A stretch of DNA of 64,000 nucleotides from assembly GCA_951406725.2 (NCBI GenBank), contig OX597840.1, positions 21,080,001 to 21,144,000 of the forward strand. Reading direction: 5' to 3'. Under the pieces are notes generated by a model, which ran no database searches, had not been told where the DNA came from, and worked only from the letters and a program-made list of their open reading frames with translations. This stretch comes from Octopus vulgaris. Its lineage: Eukaryota. Made by a program: the position numbers and the translations under genes. Positions 60,271 to 64,000 of this stretch are shown here, piece after piece (the first letter of the stretch is position 1; each line of letters starts with the position of its first letter).

Positions 60271-60276
60271 ATCTAT

Positions 60277-60755
60277 CATCATCATCATTTAGCGTCCGTT
60301 TTCCATGCTAACATGGGTTGGACGGTTCAACTGGGGTCTGAGGAGCCCGAAGGCTGCACCAGGCCAGTCAGATCTGGCAGTGTTTCTACAGCTGGATGCC
60401 CTTCCTAACGCCAACCACTCCGAGAGTGTAGTGGGTGATTTTATGTGCCACCGACACAGTGCCAGACGAGGCTGGCAGACGGCCACGCTCGGATGGTGTT
60501 TTTATGTGCCACCGACACAGGTGCCAGATGAGGCTGGCGAACGGCCACGATCGGATGGTGTTTGTTACGTGCCCACAGCACGGAGGCCAGTCGATGCGGT
60601 ACTGGCTACGGCCACGTTCGGTTGGTTTTCTTGTATGCCACCGGCACTGGTACCACAAAGATACAAATTCCATTGATGTTCATCTATTTTAATTTGATTT
60701 GATTTGATTTTGATTTTGACTTTGATTTTCACTTGCCTCAACAGGTCTTCACAAG
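60277..60755 (-). mobile_element. 5'-truncated RTE 3' UTR copy
   Basis: Close reverse complement of 35475-35876. Confidence 0.8.
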
Positions 60756-61043
60756 ATGTTCATCTATTTTGATTTGTTTTGATTTGATTTTGATTTTGAT
60801 TTATATATATATATATATATATTTGTGTGTATACACACACACACACTCGCCATGTTGGACTGCTGAACTCTACAAGTTTTTTTAATTCTCACTCTATTTA
60901 TTTTCTCTTATTCCTTTCTGTTGAAGAGCATAGACTCGAAACATAAAAGACTTTCTTATTATTCCTGAGAATCACACTAAAACACTTGCTTGTTGTTCAT
61001 ACACCTGTCTTCGTTTTTTTTGTTTCGCTTTAAATTTCAACAA

Positions 61044-61428
61044 TAGCTTGCTAACCAACCACATGGTTCCGGGTTCAGTCCCACTGCGTGGCATCTTGGG
61101 CAAGTGTCTTCTGCTATAGCCCCGGGCCGACTAATGCCTTGTGAGTGGATTTGGTAGACGGAAACTGAAAGAAGCCTGTCGTATATATGTATATATATGT
61201 ATATATGTGTGTGTATGTGCTTGTGTGTCTGTGTTTGTCCCCCTAGCATTGCTTGACAACCAATGCTGTTGTGTGTATATCCCCGTCACTTAGCGGTTCG
61301 GCAAAAGAGACCGATAGAATAAGTACTGGGCTTACAAAGAATAAGTCCTGGGGTCGATTTGCTCAACTAAAGGTGGTGCTCCAGCATGGCCGCAGTCAAA
61401 TGACTGAAACAAGTAAAAGAGTAAAGAG
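61044..61428 (+). mobile_element. SINE family A (inverted partner at 62524-62902)
   Basis: Homology to 6418-6810. Confidence 0.85.
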
Positions 61429-61810
61429 TAATATATATATATTTATACATATAAAATTAATTAATTATATATATATATAATTATTTTAAGGAAGAAAATC
61501 AAAACAAAACTCCCTACTGGATTAATGTCCATTAATTCAGTATGGAGGAGATAAGCCTTGCTTTGACTTTATCCTTTAAAATAATTATATATATACATAT
61601 ATATATAGTTATTTAGTTATTCCATCAATAGTGAAAAGATATTATCTATAATAACCACATAGAAATTAATTAAATATCTTATAATTATTATTCTAAAAAT
61701 CTCATAACAAATCAAACATTAAATTGACTACACATGCATGCGTGTGTACGTACGTACACACATGCATGCATACATACATACATACATACATACATACATA
61801 CATACATACA

Positions 61811-61844
<34 letters not shown>

Positions 61845-62230
61845 CATACATACATACATACATATATACATACATACATACAAGCATACATACATACATA
61901 CATACATACATACATACATACATACATACATACATACATGCTGTGCTTAAGAAAGAAGACCCATCAAGCTAAGCAAAATTGTAGTCATGGTAGATACTGG
62001 TGTCACGCAAATGGTACCTGTGCTGGCGACACGTAAAGACACCCATTACACTCTCAGAGGGGTTGGCATTAGGAAGGGCATCCAGCCGTAGAACCCTTGC
62101 CAAATCAGACTGGAGTCTGGTGCAGCCTTCCATTCTTGCCAGCCCTGGTCAAACTGTCCAACTCATGCCAGCATGGACAATGGGTGTTGAATTATTATGA
62201 TGATGATGATGATGATGAAGATGATGAAGG

Positions 62231-62277
<47 letters not shown>

Positions 62278-62741
62278 TTTATGTATTTGTTTTGCAAGGT
62301 ATGTGATGGGAAATCATGTGTTGAAGCAGATATTGTTATATTTGGTGGTGGTCACATTTTTGCCAATTAAAAACACACACACTAATTATATGTGGTCTTC
62401 TCTTCAGCTTTATTATTATTGTTGTTGTTGTTGTTGTTGTTATTTTAGTGTCCTTTGTCTGAAATCTTTGGTGACACCTCCTGTGACCTCTTCAGCTCTT
62501 CTTCACCCCACGTGTCATTCTGTTTACTCTTTTACTCTTTTACTTGTTTCAGTCATTTGACTGCAGCCATGCTGGAGCACCGTCTTTAGTCGAGCAACTC
62601 GACCCCGGGACTTATTCTTTGTAAGCCCAGTACTTATTCTATCGGTCTCTTTTGCCAAACTGCTAAGTAACGGGGACATAAACACACCAGCATCAGTTGT
62701 CAAGCAATGCTAGGGGGACAAACACAGACACACAAACACAA

Positions 62742-62802
<61 letters not shown>

Positions 62803-63276
62803 TACGACAGGCTTCTTTCAGTTTCCGTCTACCAAATCCACTCACAAGGCATTAGTCGGCCCGGGGCTATAGCAGAAGACACTTGCCCAAGATGCCACGC
62901 AGTCCATTTGTAAAACATAACTAAAATAATTATTCTGTTCATGTTTTACGAATGGACAAAACAGGAGGAGACGAGTGGGATGGAGAGCTGCTGAAGAGGA
63001 CTCAGGATGTGTGATGGAGGATTTCAGACAGACGACATTTAAGACAAGAACAATAATTGGGCTGAAGTGAAGAACAAGTGGAAAGTGTGTCTGGTCAATT
63101 GGCCAAAAATGACCATCCCCAAATATAACAATATATATCTGTTCCTATCCTCATTCTTGACCTGTGTGTGTATACATACATACATTTTGATAATCAGTGA
63201 ATAGACTTCACTGAGTTATAGATATATACAATTACGAAGTCGAGACAAATATCACCAGCTGACCGGTGTCTGCTAC

Positions 63277-63321
63277 TCTAGGCCGATGAAGGACAACGAT
63301 CCTGAAACACGTGTCCCTAGA
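63277..63321 (+). ncRNA. Type I minimal hammerhead motif with U4C core variant
   Basis: Stem I TCTAGG/CCTAGA; core CCGATGA; stem II AGGA/TCCT; GAAA; palindromic ACACGTGT; GUC triplet. Confidence 0.7.
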
Positions 63322-63487
63322 TGCAGCTTCGGCAGCCGGGGATGTTTGTCTCCCCTTCGTATATGTATATAAGGACACAGGGAAAAATGTGTCAAAGCCA
63401 TCAGGAGGTGTTCGATGCTTCCTAGGGCTATACAGCAGTGGTGTACCCCCCTACTGTTACGTTCTTGTTAGATTGACAGTATACAAC

Positions 63488-63534
<47 letters not shown>

Positions 63535-63544
63535 CATTATATAT

Positions 63545-63643
<99 letters not shown>

Positions 63644-63678
63644 CATACATACATATATATATACATATATATATATAT

Positions 63679-64000
63679 GTGCCGGTGGCACATAAAAAGC
63701 ACCATCCGAACGTGACCGATGCCAGCGCCACTCCGACTGGCTTCTGTGCCGGTGGCACATAAAAAGCACCATCCAAACGTTGCCAGCGCCGCCTCGGCTG
63801 GCTTCCATGCCGCTGGCACGTTAAAAGCTCCAACCGATCGTGGCCGATGCCGGACGCCCCCTGGCACCTGTGCAGGCGGCACATAAAAAGCACCCACTAC
63901 ACTCGCGGAGTGGTTGGCGTTAGGAAGGGCATCCAGCCGTAGAAACTCTGCCAGATCAGACTGGAGCCTAGAGTAGCCCCTGGCTTCCCCGGTCGAACCG
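63679..64000 (+). mobile_element. 5'-truncated RTE 3' UTR copy running off the window
   Basis: Four GTGCNGGTGGCAC-type units then the shared core. Confidence 0.75.

Noticed and set aside
62197-62276. Poly-Asp coding stretch
   Set aside because: Expanded (GAT)n tail of a truncated RTE copy.

Overview
AT-rich, microsatellite-saturated eukaryotic DNA whose repeat content (tRNA-headed CORE-like and Nin/Deu-domain SINEs, RTE LINE tails) looks like an octopus/coleoid cephalopod genome (inferred, not searched). One intact host gene can be rebuilt by hand on the minus strand: 12 coding exons (40524 to 24452, all GT-AG, phases consistent, 429 aa) plus a probable non-coding first exon near 42086-42250. 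It encodes a divergent non-RD Ser/Thr kinase most like MAP3K14(NIK)/MAP3K8(Tpl2), with a degenerate Gly loop, a Cys/His-rich insert after APE and apparently duplicated N-terminal microexons. The rest is transposon debris (hAT, Helitron, HERO, CR1, RTE, Tx1/L1, several MITE types, many SINEs). The most interesting non-coding signal is a set of short fold-back elements in (TA)n/(CA)n tracts, several carrying minimal type I hammerhead ribozyme motifs with palindromic stem III (best at 26066-26129; variants at 63277 and 45561), suggesting a microsatellite-associated non-autonomous Penelope-like/retrozyme family. A tandem array of putative H-type pseudoknots in the RTE 3' UTR is a second candidate. 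Most ORFs in the supplied track are microsatellite or repeat artefacts.
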